Assembly (NCBI GenBank): GCA_003427395.1
Contig: BFEA01000023.1
Coordinates: 135,882 to 199,881 of the forward strand
DNA from: Chara braunii
Taxonomy: Eukaryota; Plantae; Charophyceae
Reading direction: 5' to 3'
Length of the DNA stretch: 64,000 nt
The notes beneath the pieces are model-generated. The model had not been told where the DNA came from and searched no databases. It was given only the letters and a program-made list of their open reading frames with translations. Positions 24,346 to 36,326 of the stretch are shown here, piece by piece (position 1 is the stretch's first letter; every line of letters begins with the position of its first letter). A program made the translations under genes and the position numbers.

Positions 24346-24988
24346 ATCTCTCCATGATCACCGCCAGATTCAGTCGGGAAAAGGCGGCGGCCTTGGGATT
24401 TATCAACTGGCGACCAGCCTCAGAAACGAGGTCCCACTAAGAAATATATGATTGGATCAAGCGCCTGAATCTGGGTGTTGCTTTATGCACAGATGCAGCG
24501 ATGCATCTCTCCATGATCACCGCCAGATTCAGCCGACAAAAAGGCGGCGGCCTTGAGATTTATCAACTGGCGACCAGCCTCACTAGCAAATAGGATTGGA
24601 TTAAGCGTCTAAATCTGGGTGTTGCTTTATGNCAGAGATGCAGCGATGCATCTCTCCATGATCACCGCCAGATTCAGCCGGCAAAAAGGCGGCGGCCTTG
24701 AGATTTATCAACTGGCGACCAGCCTCATCACTAGCAAATAGGATTGGATCAAGCGCCTGAATCTGGGTGGTTGCTCTACGCAGAGGTGCAGCGATGCAGA
24801 AAAGCACAGATCAATCGCGATAGCGTGCACCTTTCTACAAACATGTCCAGATAAAGATAGTACATTTAATTGGAAGTTCAAATTAAGCCGTTAAATCCAA
24901 AGCAGATCAATCGCGATAGCGTGAACCTTTCTACAAACACGTCCAGATACATTTAATTGGAAGTTCAAATTAAGCCGTTAAATCCAAT
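24346..24988. repeat. Local tandem duplications (3 x ~145-160 bp, then 2 x ~85-95 bp)
   Basis: ATCTCTCCATGATCACCGCCAGATTCAG occurs three times; AGATCAATCGCGATAGCGTG..TAAGCCGTTAAATCCAA twice. Confidence 0.9.
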
Positions 24989-25354
24989 CCGCTTTGCTAA
25001 TGGGACCTCGCGCCAGGTATAATTTGTTACGATCCCTGCACCCTTTTTTTCCCTCCATCATTGATATGATAGTTTGACTATCCTTAATTGCTACATAATT
25101 GTGGTTGGGATTAATCATCGTTCCCAACCGGCCTTGTGTGCCCCAGAGACATCAGTCCCATCTAATCGAGAGATGTCATGCATCGTGTGACCTGTTGAGC
25201 TCTGCCTTGAACCCAGAAACTCTCTGGTGGAATCCAGGCGTGCAACAACTCGGGGGTTACTCAACGGGACGAGATTGGCCACATAAGCAAGTAATTTTCT
25301 TCCTTTATTCGCTTTTTGAATACAGTTTGGTAACCAGGTCTAGGAGTTCGATTA

Positions 25355-25550
25355 ATGATTGATTAATTGGTTGGTTGATTGATTGATTAATTGGTTAATT
25401 GATTGATTGATTGATTACTTGGTTGACTGATTGAGTGATTGATTGATTGGTTGGTTAATTGTTTGATTGATTGATTGAATTGTTCACTTTTTCCATAGGG
25501 ATTGACTGATTGGTTTACTCCATGATTGATTGATTGATTGATTGATTTGG
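25355..25550. repeat. Degenerate (GATT)n microsatellite
   Basis: Direct observation; a similar tract lies at ~41620-41710. Confidence 0.9.
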
Positions 25551-25994
25551 TCAATTAGTACAATTACTCGATTCCGGTCGCGCGTTTGATTTGTTTTCAT
25601 TTGTTAGATTGATTCATAGGGTGATCTAACGATTAACTGATTTATTGATGCATTGGTTGCTTTTTACCAGTACTGATTGACGACTCGATTGGTTTGTGTG
25701 TTCCTTCACTCCCCCCTTCCCCCCCCCTCCCCTCCCCCTCTTTTTTTTTCTATCATACTTCGAGTGCTTGATTTTCAATCAGTGGATAGATGTGGTGTGA
25801 CCGGTCGATGGTGAAGTCGCTGTCTCTCGTGNNNNNNNNNNNNNNNCCCAACCCGTCCTCCTGAATCCAGAAACCAGTATTCGAGGGTCGTTCTGGCTTT
25901 AAGTACTCCCCCCCCCCGCCTATATCGCCCGCACGTACTTCCGCGTCTGTACACTCCGCCCGCCCTCCCCCGCTGAAACTCAAGCGGCTGTGCT

Positions 25995-26106
25995 CTACCG
26001 TCTTCACCCGAATAGAACGCCCGGTCATTATCGCTGTATCTAGACTGAAAGTTGCCCCATATACAGCTATAATGACCGGGTGTTCTATTCGGGTGAAAGG
26101 CGGTGG
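25995..26106. mobile_element. MITE family 1 copy (~111 bp hairpin, Stowaway/mariner-like)
   Basis: CTACCGTCTTCACCCGAATAGAACGCCCGGTCATTAT...ATAATGACCGGGTGTTCTATTCGGGTGAA; followed by TA. Confidence 0.8.
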
Positions 26107-26596
26107 TACCATGCGACACTGACTTCCGACGACCGGCGGCTATCGTTCGCGCGGCAGCCTGAAAAACTCAGTAGAGCTGGACTCGACCCATGTGGACGAA
26201 TGGTACACATGTGAATGTTGATACAGTAAACAGATTGTGAGTTCGAGTCGTACAATACGGTTAGAGAAGGGGTTAAAAAAAAAAAAAAAAAAAAAAGTTT
26301 GGAGCGAAACCGTTACCAAGTATTACTTGTATTATCGCCGCGTTCGCGTAACATCCTCGAAAAGGTTTTCAGAGCCTTCTTTTTTTTTTCTTCTTTTTTT
26401 TTCCTCTTTTTTTAGAGCCTTCTTTTTTGGATTCGTCCCTCGTCGTCATCGATCACTCGAAAAGCTCACAAAGAGCTGGGGGGGGTAAAAAAAAAGGAAA
26501 GAGAAGAGAGGCTTTCCTCAGTCATCGCTGCGCTATGTTTCATAAACATCTGCGACGGGTCTCCCGCCAGTTACTCAGACGTGACGCTTTTGTCGC

Positions 26597-26875
26597 TACT
26601 GCCACGTGTCATTTTTTGCCGTCACTGCCACGTGTCACTTTTTATCGTTACTGCCACGTGTCTTTCTTTTAGTGACTGCCACGTGTCTTTCTTTTAATGA
26701 CTGCCACGTGTCTATTTTTATTGACTGCCACGTGTCATTTTTTAAATGACTGCCTGCCACGTGCCATTTTTCTAGTGACTGCCACGTGACATTTTTTAAA
26801 CGACTGCCACGTGACATTTTTTAAACGACTGCCACGTGTCTGTTTTCTGGTTCCTAATGCCACGTGTCATTTTTT
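26597..26875 (+). repeat. Tandem array of 11 G-box/ABRE-containing units (~25 bp period)
   Basis: GCCACGTG at 26601, 26627, 26653, 26678, 26703, 26727, 26756, 26781, 26806, 26831 and 26859, each followed by a T-rich tract. Confidence 0.9.
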
Positions 26876-27463
26876 CGTAGCTACTGCCGTGTATCGTTTT
26901 ATTTTTTGTTGGCGCAACTGTTACGTAACGTAGAAACCACCTGCTGCCCTGCTCTCTCTGCAACCGTTTTCAGCTCGGCTGATGTGGGGTGAATCTTCAA
27001 AGCACTGAAAGGCGCGTATCATACCCATAATGCTGTCTAAATTCAGAAAACTGCCGAAGCTGCACCTAGACTGTATCCTGAGTCCGGAAAACTCTTTTGA
27101 TCTACTATTGCTCTTGATCACGCATTCACAGATCGAGATGATAACTCATCAGCACGCTGAAGAAGAAGAACAGTGCCAAGCATTGGCCAAAACTGCAGAC
27201 ATGTACACGCTCTTCGTGTTAGTTTTTAGCTATGAACTCCGCATGCATAAACAAGTTTCTCTCAGAAAAACACACCCGCTCCCTCTCTGTTCCTCGTCAG
27301 GGGGGAAACCATCCCCGTGCCCCGTGGCATTTCCAACCCTCCCATGCACTGCCGACGAGGAAGAAAAAGGAGGATGCTGAAGAAGCAGAGGGAAGAAGAA
27401 GAGGGTAGAAGAAGAAGAATGCTGAAGAAGAAGCAGAGGGAAGAAGCTGAAGCAGAAGCAGAA

Positions 27464-27580
27464 GTCCTTCGGGACATCCGTTAAAATTGGAATGATACAG
27501 AGATGACTAGCATGGCCCCTGCGCACTCAAGGATGACACGCATAAATCGAAAAGTATGTCCCAGTAAAAAAACAAAAAAA
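27464..27580 (+). pseudogene. U6: Processed U6 snRNA retrocopy with A-tail and target-site duplication
   Basis: GTCCTTCGGGACATCCGTTAAAATTGGAATGATACAGAGA..TAGCATGGCCCCTGCGCA..AGGATGACACGCATAAATCGA matches plant U6. An A-rich tail follows, and GAAGCAGAA flanks both sides (27455-27463, 27581-27589). Confidence 0.9.
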
Positions 27581-27839
27581 GAAGCAGAATAATAGAATAG
27601 ACTATAGCGAAGAGGCTACGAGTCTGCGCTTCCGTTGAAAATCTTCACAGCACCTGCTCAGACAAACTCCATAGATCGCTCACATACGCACGTCGACGAC
27701 GAAGAAGATGAGGATGAAAAGCAGAAGAAGCGGAAGAGTAGTAAAATTATATAAGCAGAAAGGAGAGGAAGAAGAAAAGATGAAAAGCAGAATAATAGCG
27801 AGAACAGGGGGGCCAACTGCCTTTCGTACACCTTTCATA

Positions 27840-27950
27840 CTACCGTCTTCACCCGAATAGAACGCCCGGTCGTCATAGCTGTATTTGGTGCAACTTTCAG
27901 TCTAGATACAGTGATAATGACCGGGCGTTCTATTCGGGTGAAGACGGTAG
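27840..27950. mobile_element. MITE family 1 copy (inverted relative to the 25995 copy)
   Basis: TA|CTACCGTCTTCACCCGAATAGAACGCCCGGTC...GACCGGGCGTTCTATTCGGGTGAAGACGGTAG, a perfect 32-bp TIR. Confidence 0.85.
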
Positions 27951-29058
27951 TGTCAGCTTACCCGTACGTTCCCCGACGCGCGTTGCGATCGGCTGCGCTC
28001 CGATCATCCTCAGGGGGTTCCCAGAACAGGGGCCAACTGCCCGCGTTTCGAAGACGGTGGAGGGCAGGAGAGAAATGTGACCTCCTCCCAACTAGAGAGG
28101 CAGAGGAAGATGGAAAAAGCAGACGAAGAGAAGCAGAAGCAGAGGAAGTTGAACGTGGGCACGGGAGGGCGGCGGGCGGGGGCAAGGACGGGTGAAGACG
28201 GTGGAGGGGAGGAGAGAAGTGTGAACTCGAGGAAAATAAATAGTAGAACTGGGCAGGGAAAAGAGAAAAGCATCCCACAAAAAAAAAAACAAAAAAAAAA
28301 ACAAAAAAAACGAGAAGGTGTAAGCGGAAACACCAAAAAGACGAGGGATTCCCAGAAAAAAAAGAAAAAAAAGACGAGGGAGAGCAAAACCCGGGGAGAA
28401 AACACGAAGAAGAAAAAGAAGGAGAAGAAATAATAAACAAAACAACAGTGGCAGAAGGCAAGAAAGATGGGGGCAAGGACGGAATTACTTACAAAGAGGA
28501 GAGAACAGACAAGGGGTTGAAGAAAAGAAGGAGAAGAAATAATAAACAAAACAAACAGTGGGAGAAGGCAAGAAAGATGGGGGCAAGGACGGAATTACTT
28601 GCGAAGAGGAGAGAACAAACAAGGGGTTGTTGAAGGGGGAAAAGGAAAAGGAAATGAAAAGGAGAAGTGAAAATGGACAAAACGAAGAAGAAAAAAGAAG
28701 CCATGAGGAGGGGAGGGTTGACGGGGGAGGAGGGGATGTGTGGTGCCACTCTGAACTCGGAGTGGAAACGATGGTGAGGGAGGTACACTCAGGAACACAG
28801 TCCTCATCCATTAATTATCGTTCCCAACCGGCCTTGTGTGCCCCAGCTAAAGCCAAAGACATGCATGATGTGATCAGGGTTTAGGGGAGGGCAGGGTGGA
28901 CGAGGGAGGCGCACTCGGGAACACAGTCCTCATCCATCAATCAAGTGGATCCTGGGCAGACTGTCCTCAGCCTCCGGATGAGTCCGGTGACAGTCCAACG
29001 AAACAGTCTGGCACAGTCGTGCTCTTTTTGTCGGGTTGTGTATAGCGAACATGATAAT

Positions 29059-29178
29059 GGCCTCGCTGCACTACTCTCGAAATGTGCAAAACGAGAGTGA
29101 ATCTTCCGGTAGAATATGGAAAGATACACCGCCATGATTTTTGTCTGTTGTGCATATCGAGAGTAGTGCAGCGAGGCC
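29059..29178. mobile_element. MITE family 2 copy (Tourist/PIF-like)
   Basis: Perfect 22-bp TIR GGCCTCGCTGCACTACTCTCGA; a related inverted copy lies at 48539-48658. Confidence 0.7.
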
Positions 29179-29252
29179 CAATACGCACCACGGCTGTGCA
29201 AAGCTCTGCATGTACTTGTAGGAGGATCAGTGCGGCGAGGGTCGAGACCGTA

Positions 29253-29363
29253 CTACCTTGTTCCCCCGAAGACAACGCACCCTCGTTTTGGCTGCACCTG
29301 ACCGGAAACACACCTTGTATACGTTCGTTATCAAGGTGCGCTGTGTTCGGGGGAAGACGGTAG
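29253..29363. mobile_element. MITE family 1, diverged subfamily
   Basis: TA|CTACCTTGTTCCCCCGAA...TTCGGGGGAAGACGGTAG, 111 bp; partial relative at ~30593-30684. Confidence 0.65.
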
Positions 29364-29503
29364 TTGCGGCCATGCCAAAGATGTCCCTGGCTGAGTGGGT
29401 TTCATGGCTGTGACAGACTAGTTTCTCAGACTTGCTGACATTCTTGTCTGGGGCTGGGGTTTGGACCAACAACAGTCTGCTAGCATAATAAAACACTTAC
29501 TCG

Positions 29504-29549
<46 letters not shown>

Positions 29550-30107
29550 AGTCTGCTAGCATTGCAGGGTTGGTGTGAGTGAAGGCGACCACCTCTCTCT
29601 CAGGGATGGGTATTGCTAACTCTGGGCGACGTGATGAGTCCTTATCCATCCGTCAATTGCATCCTGGTCAGGCAGTTGGGCCTCATCCGCCTGATGAATC
29701 CGTGAAAGTGCGACGAAACAGTCTGGTACAATCGTCCTTTTTTGTGCAGTTGTGTGTGTATAGCCAACATGTTAACACTCGAACTCACACACAATACACA
29801 TTCAAGCATTCAAGCTCCTGATGAGTTGGTGAACACTGAACACGCACATACTGTATAACCTCGTGATGAGTTGGTGAACTCGCACACACATTCAACCTCC
29901 AACCTGCTGACGAGTCGGGTGGACAGTCTATTCACAGTCAGCACGCATTTTGTGCCGAGGGTTGTAAATAAATGCCGAAGACACTGTTCAATCGGTAAGG
30001 AGGGCCTTTCTTGATAAGGGGCGGTAGCGGTGGTGAGGCTCTCTGTGCCTTCCGTTGTTGTCGTTGTTGTTGTTGTTGTTTCTTCTTTTTCTTTCTTTTT
30101 TTTTTGG

Positions 30108-30169
<62 letters not shown>

Positions 30170-30954
30170 NNNNNNNNNNNNNNNNNNNNNNNNNNNNNNN
30201 NNNNNNNNNNNNNNNNNNNNNNNNNNNNNNNNNNNNNNNNNNNNNNNNNNNNNNNNNNNNNNNNNNNNNNNNNNNNNNNNNNNNNNNNNNNNNNNNNNNN
30301 NNNNNNNNNNNNNNNNNNNNNNNNNNNNNNNNNNNNNNNNNNNNNNNNNNNNNNNNNNNNNNNNNNNNNNNNNNNNNNNNNNNNNNNNNNNNNNNNNNNN
30401 NNNNNNNNNNNNNNNNNNNNNNNNNNNNNNNNNNNNNNNNNNNNNNNNNNNNNNNNNNNNNNNNTTTGGAAGTTGGATCTGATTGCGTTGACTGGAACGG
30501 CAAACGAAGTGCCTTTGAAATAACCCGCACGCTACCAATGATCTACTACCCCTTGGTCACCTCAGGAGTCGTCAAGCCACAATTGCTGCGGCCACAACGC
30601 ACCCTCATTATGACTGTATCGAACCTTAAAGACAGCTTGTATACATTCATAATGAGGGTGCGTTATGTTCAGGGGAAGACAGTGGGCCCTCTATGCCGGT
30701 AGGCTCTCCGTGGGGGCGTTTGTCCGCTGAGGACCTATCGGCCCTCCTGAAGTTTTTGGTGCAGGGTTCGAAAAGAGAATCTTCGGAGGGTTCTGCACTC
30801 TGTAGAGGCAGCCCAGCTACTCTGTAGAGGCAGCCCTGCTAAAGCCAAAGACATGCACGATGTGCTCAGGGTTTAGGTGCAAAACCTTTCAGCTCACACT
30901 GGTCCAGGACGTGAGCAGTGTTTCAAAACTCGAGCGTTTTTGGTCAGGTATGGA

Positions 30955-31000
<46 letters not shown>

Positions 31001-31440
31001 GTTTTCGCTGCTCACGAGTGCACTGGAGTGCGTGCTGTGGTCACAAGATATGCGTGCAGTTTCATGCCGGCCCAGCGGACTTCTCTGCTGTAACTATGAG
31101 GGGCTGTAGTGTAATTCTCACCTGATAGAAGGGCAAAAAGAAAAGGCATATGCAGTTTTGGTATAGAGCGAAGGGCTGGATCATTCAACATTGGCCACAA
31201 GCGTCCTAGCAGAAATGACAAAGACGGAATGAAGATATTGACTTTGGCAGGTTCTAGATACTGAACAACATCAATTCCGGATATCCGATTGGTTGTAAGT
31301 TGGGAACCCTAGGAGAAGTGGTGCAGTATTTCCTTGTACAGGAGACATGGACGGACAGATGCCGAGTATTTGTGGCCACTCATGGTCAATCTGCTGACGT
31401 CACATTGGTGGGAACCCTACCCTTCTCACCCGTGTTATTT

Positions 31441-31533
31441 GGGTCAACTTTTCAGGCTTAGGTTTGCATGTGGGTCAACTTTTCAGGCTTAGGTTTGCAT
31501 GTCGGTCAACTTTTCAGGCTTAGGTTTGCATGT
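31441..31533. repeat. 30-bp tandem repeat x3
   Basis: GGTCAACTTTTCAGGCTTAGGTTTGCATGT repeated. Confidence 0.9.
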
Positions 31534-34145
31534 CTGTGGACGGTAGGAGAAGGGTTTTGCATGTCTGTGGGCAGGAGGAGGCTTGGATGGAAAGTTGCCG
31601 AATGTTTGCGAGTGAGTTTTGTATTTTAGTGGGCGCGCCGCATGTATTTGGGGCAACTGTTCAGTCTATGTGTTTGCATGTCTGTGGACCACAGGAGAAG
31701 GGTTTTGCATGTGTGTGGACAGGAGGAGGCTTGGATGGACAGTTGCCGAATGTTTGTGGGGTCAGTGAGTTTTGTGTTTTAGTGGGCTCTTTTAGAGCTG
31801 CACCCCACACGTGGTCAATCTGTGGAGACTGGTGTGCTTGCCGTGAGATGAGAGGTGGAAGGACAATCAAATAAAAGAAAAGAAAACACTCTTGCGAGTG
31901 CGGTGAGCGTGGCTCGCCAGCAGAGCAGAGTGGGCCTAAGTAGATTTGAACTACAGACTTTATGCTTGTCACATCAAATGGGTGGAACCTGAGGAGAAGG
32001 CTGGCAGCCTAACTGTGCATAGGTTTGTCGAGGGCTGTGGAGAAGCTCAGGTGAACCCTTGCCTTCTTCACCAGCGGGAAGAAAATACAGAACTGAGTTT
32101 TCAGGGGGAAGAAAATACAGAACTGAGTTTTCAGGAAGCTCGGGCAAAGGTCCCACTTTTGGGGGAGTGAGATATCGCCCGTGGTTTCTGAAAGTTATTC
32201 CCACCAGTACACCTGGGCCTGGAGACGCTCCCCTGCACGCCAAGCTTTGCCGAACTGCCAGCGGTGCACTCCTTTTCGTTTTTGGCTGGCGCCACCAGCC
32301 ATTGTGACCCAGTAGGCCTGAGGCGTGGAATTTGGAATTTTGGAGTGGGTGGCGAAACATTTTCAGCAAGGCTGGGGCCGTGTACTACGTAGCGGTTTAA
32401 CCCTCCTCCTGACACTAGAAGATAGGAAAACAAAGAGCTTGATACTATAAGCTATCATCAGCTGGTCTCCCTCTTGCGAGATTTTTCTGAGTGTAAATTC
32501 GGCAAGTGCGCCAAGGTTCTAAATACAGTAGTTCCCATATCTATGACTGTGGGAAGGTTATGGAATGCGTGTTGTTTTCTTTTGTTGGTGGGGAGGCAGG
32601 GGTTGGGCTCTCCAGGAAATATGTGTTTCAGGTATGAACAGAGAGAGAAGGAGCCCGGTCATTATAGACTGCGTTTACAGTATTTACGGCCATGGGAAGG
32701 TTCTGAATGCATTTTGTGGGGGGGGGGGGGGGGGCTGGGGGGTTGGGCGGCATAGGAACGGCTCTACAGGAAACATGTGCTTTGCTTGGGGACAGAGAGA
32801 GAGCCTGGTCATTATTATATAGTATATATGTACCTTCTGTAGTGTTCAGGAGGGGAGGATGTGTGCCTGCTCCTCTGCAGCACTGGCATACTTTGTGATC
32901 GGGCGATCTTTTCTCTCTTGCCAACCTGGTTGGGTGAACATGTGGCTGCGCAGAAAAGTACTTCCATGGGTGTGGTTCAGCCTATATGGCAGCGGGCTGT
33001 GCTACCGGCGGTGTGTTTGTGCCCATTAGGAACCCCATGGCCACACAATAGCAAATTCAAAGATAAGGCCAGATCGGCACATCTCGGTGGGGGCAGAAAT
33101 GCCCGACCATGAGTTTTTTTCCTCTTTTTTTTTACCGCAAAACAAACGTTCATGGTGCTCATTTTGAAAACTTTTTGGCGCTGCCAGGCAAAGGTGTTCA
33201 GGAGGTCGAGGCCCCAAAGATGCGGGTGTGAACAAGTTGTTGGCCTCCGTTGCCTGAGAAAGGTAGTGGTGGTTTACCATAATTTTTGGCTTGCCGGATG
33301 CCCAAGGAAGGTGGATGCTTGTGCAAAGTGTCCTGGCCGGGCAAGTGGTAGTGTGCTACTTTGGGAGGGTGGAATTTTATGTTCCTGTGCTGGGCCACGA
33401 TGTGCTTGCTCCTCTGTATCGCACCACAAATGGCCAGTGGTAGTTAAGGGTTCTGCGGCTTCTGCCATTGAATCCTGATGTGCCTTGTCTTGTCCTGGTG
33501 CACGGTCCCACTTGCCCAGCTTCTTCATTCCAGGTCACTAATCTCTGTGATCCGCGGACAGAAACGAAGTTTGTAAGTGGAACCTCACCGTGAAAGCCTA
33601 CATCTCGACTGCGTGATTTGGGCCTTCAGCCTGCAGAACTTTGCAAGCTGCACAAAAAGTCTAATCTCAGCAGCAAAGCTCCTCTTCATTTTTTTTGTCT
33701 AAAGAAAGGGCAACGGCCTCGAGGTATCATCGTTGGACTGAACGGCCTCAAGTAATTCAGAGTTGATTTTTCATTCGACTGATTCCATCAAGATTCGAAC
33801 TCAGGTGTGGTTGTCAACAGTTCGTGTGGGGGGGGGGGGGNGATTCCAACACATGGGCTTGGTTTGGCAAGCCCCCCGCCTGACCGGCTTAGGGGTCATG
33901 GGATGATGATTTGGACCACCGTGTGTCTTCAATCTGCAGGTGCACGAGGGGGGTCTGTCTGCTTGGTTAATTGACGTAGGCATCATACGTAAAAAGAATT
34001 TGGGGGATCGAATTGCTGACGCGTGTCTGTGGTTTGTGTCTTTGCACAGTGAACACACGTCACATCTGTGGCTTTGCTTGTTTGCAAAAGGACATCAAGG
34101 ATCTTGAGTGTCCGTTCGCAACTCAACAACGGAGGCTCAGGGGAG

Positions 34146-34292
34146 ATGGAGACAGGGAGCCCGAAGGATTATCTGAGCTTTCTTCCAGAACCGATTTTGC
34201 GGTATATCTTGGAGATAGCGAGCAATGGCCGTACAAAACGTCTCCTTCACTACGCCTCAGTTTGTACCCGGTTTCTACAGGCTGTATACAGG
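34146..34292 (+). CDS. F-box/LRR protein, coding exon 1 (F-box domain)
   Basis: METGSPKDYLSFLPEPILRYILE..LLHYASVCTRFLQAVYR is an F-box motif; phase-0 donor GTATGC at 34293. Confidence 0.85.
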
Positions 34293-34496
34293 GTATGCCT
34301 TGTGGATCACTTACCTCTGTTGTACCTATCTTTTTAGCTTGTCCTGCCCAGTGCTACGCGACCTACTTCCTCCTCCCTTCCATCATCCTAACACCTCCAC
34401 CTTTCCCCCCAATAAACTCTTCTCCCCTTGCCCTACTCCTTTCTTGCAACAACCAAGTGTCAAATGAAGCAGGGTCCGTATATACAAAAGGAGGAA

Positions 34497-34610
34497 GTAC
34501 CTTCTTCCCCCGAATACAACGTCCGGTCATTATAGCTGTATCTAGAGTGAAAGATGCCTCAAATAAAACAGCTATAATTACCACACGTTGTATTCGGGGG
34601 AAGAAGGTAG
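34497..34610. mobile_element. MITE family 1 copy in the F-box intron
   Basis: TACCTTCTTCCCCCGAATACAACG...CGTTGTATTCGGGGGAAGAAGGTAG|TA. Confidence 0.8.
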
Positions 34611-36326
34611 TAGCACAACCACTATCTGCAGGCATCGGAATTTCAAGTAGTAGCCCACTACCTGAAGTGTCAGGAGGCTGGGCCCGCCGTCGATAAAATG
34701 CATTGGAGGCGTTGGTGCGTTGCAGGCCTCCAGACTTCGTGGAGCCTTTTCGGTGACAGTCGTGCTGCAGGCTGTGGTGGTTTAAACCACCAGTACCCCA
34801 TGGGGTGTTAGGCCGCCTCTGGGGAGGCTCCGAGGCAAATGCATATGGACCTGCGCGGCGCACGGATTCGGCCACCGCGTTAATGTCCTAAAAACCTGGA
34901 AGTACTTGTGGTTTAACCTCTCTTCTCAGGTAGTCCTTTCCATTATACCAAAGAGTTGTCAAGAAACCTTAGCTCTTTTGTGTGTACTGCTGAAGATGTA
35001 TTATGGGGATGACGATTGTCGGAAAAAAAAAAGAAGAAAAAAATAGGATCAGGCTGCTTTGAAAAAGCAAGGATTTGCCAGAAAAGAAAGGAGACGATGT
35101 CAGACAGTTATTGCTCGAGGATTAATTGTCTTGCCACTGACAAAGAAATACCTCTCGATGGTTATAGATAGCACCTGTTTGGTGAAGAATGTTTGGAAAA
35201 TTTTGGTCTAGTCTGTGAACGGCAAGTGTTAAAGAAGTACCTCTCCACGGTTATCTTGCTCAGTTAAATGTGCGTCCAATATTCCAAAAGTTGCAGCACC
35301 TGTTTGAGATGAAATCTCTAGAAAATTTTGTCAAGTTTTTGAGTGATATAGGCAGGCAGGTGATGGTCAACCCTTTCCAATCGTCACACAATGAAGATCC
35401 CAAAGTAAGTGGAAAATCACAAGACGGTGATTGACGTCGGATGAATCTAACAACAGTAGCAGCTTATCTGTGAAAATGACCCTGCGTCCCTTTTTGGTAA
35501 TGACTCTCTTCCCTGACACCTCAAACAAGAGACATGGAAAGAGAGAGAGGAAAGTGCTCAAGGGAGGTGGAACAATGAGTGGAGATGGCGAAGAGGGCGA
35601 TCAACCACGGCACAGCACGTACGTGCCACCGAACATGGCACGTCTTGGCTACGACTTGCAACTTGAACGTCAAGCGCGTGGCAGGAAAGGGAGTGGGTGG
35701 GGACCACGAAGAGAATTCGGCATTGCATTCAAGATCGGTGGACTATGTTGTATGCTCAAAAACAGAGCGGCTGGCTGTCTGTAAGCGTCTCACAACAGGC
35801 AGCACAATGTTGAGCCTTAGTCTTATGAACTCTGGGAATAGAGGAGGAAGTAGGGACTGACAAGCAACGTGAGAAAGAAAAAAAATCCCTCTTTCCCTCG
35901 TCCCTCCGTCCCTCTTTCCCTTTCTCCTTCCCTCCCTCTTTCCGTCCCTACCTACTTTCCTCCCTCCCCCCCCCCTTCCCTCGTCAACAAACGACTACTA
36001 ATACTTGCTTCCGTCATTGTTGATATGCATGTTATTAATGCCCACGTGCTGACTGCGCAGTGGTGCAAGGAAGCCGATCACTGTGACACAAATGACTACG
36101 AAGGGCTGGCTGCTGTCATCTTGTCTGTAGGTTCCTAGATTTTTTATTTTTTGTTTTGGGAAGAAAACATTTATTACGGTTCGTAGATTGAAGACTAAAA
36201 AAACAAAACAAAAAAAGAAAGAAAGAAAGAAAGGAAACAAACAAAAAAGAAAAGCTGAAACGATGAGAAGCAAAGATTTGTGGCCGTCTCTTCTAAGCCA
36301 GTGTTGGCTTGCCATCCTGCATGCAG

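Larger units (their letters stand above)
28926..29771 (+). repeat. Two diverged ~130-bp direct repeats, each with a degenerate hammerhead-ribozyme-like core
   Basis: Repeats at 28926-29053 and 29638-29771; cores C(G/T)GATGA..GAAACAGTCTG. Copy 1 has CAGACTG-TC complementary to ACAGTCTG. Confidence 0.5.

Noticed and set aside
26597-26875. CRISPR-like appearance of the regular repeat array (also 50662-50812 and 59841-59980)
   Set aside because: Spacers are short and mutually similar, there are no cas genes, and the context is eukaryotic.
27464-27565. Functional U6 gene
   Set aside because: It has an insertion and substitutions in conserved regions and an A-tail instead of a T-run terminator.
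27958-28884. Long Phe- or Lys-rich ORFs
   Set aside because: Purine-skewed low-complexity DNA with local duplications; no protein signal.
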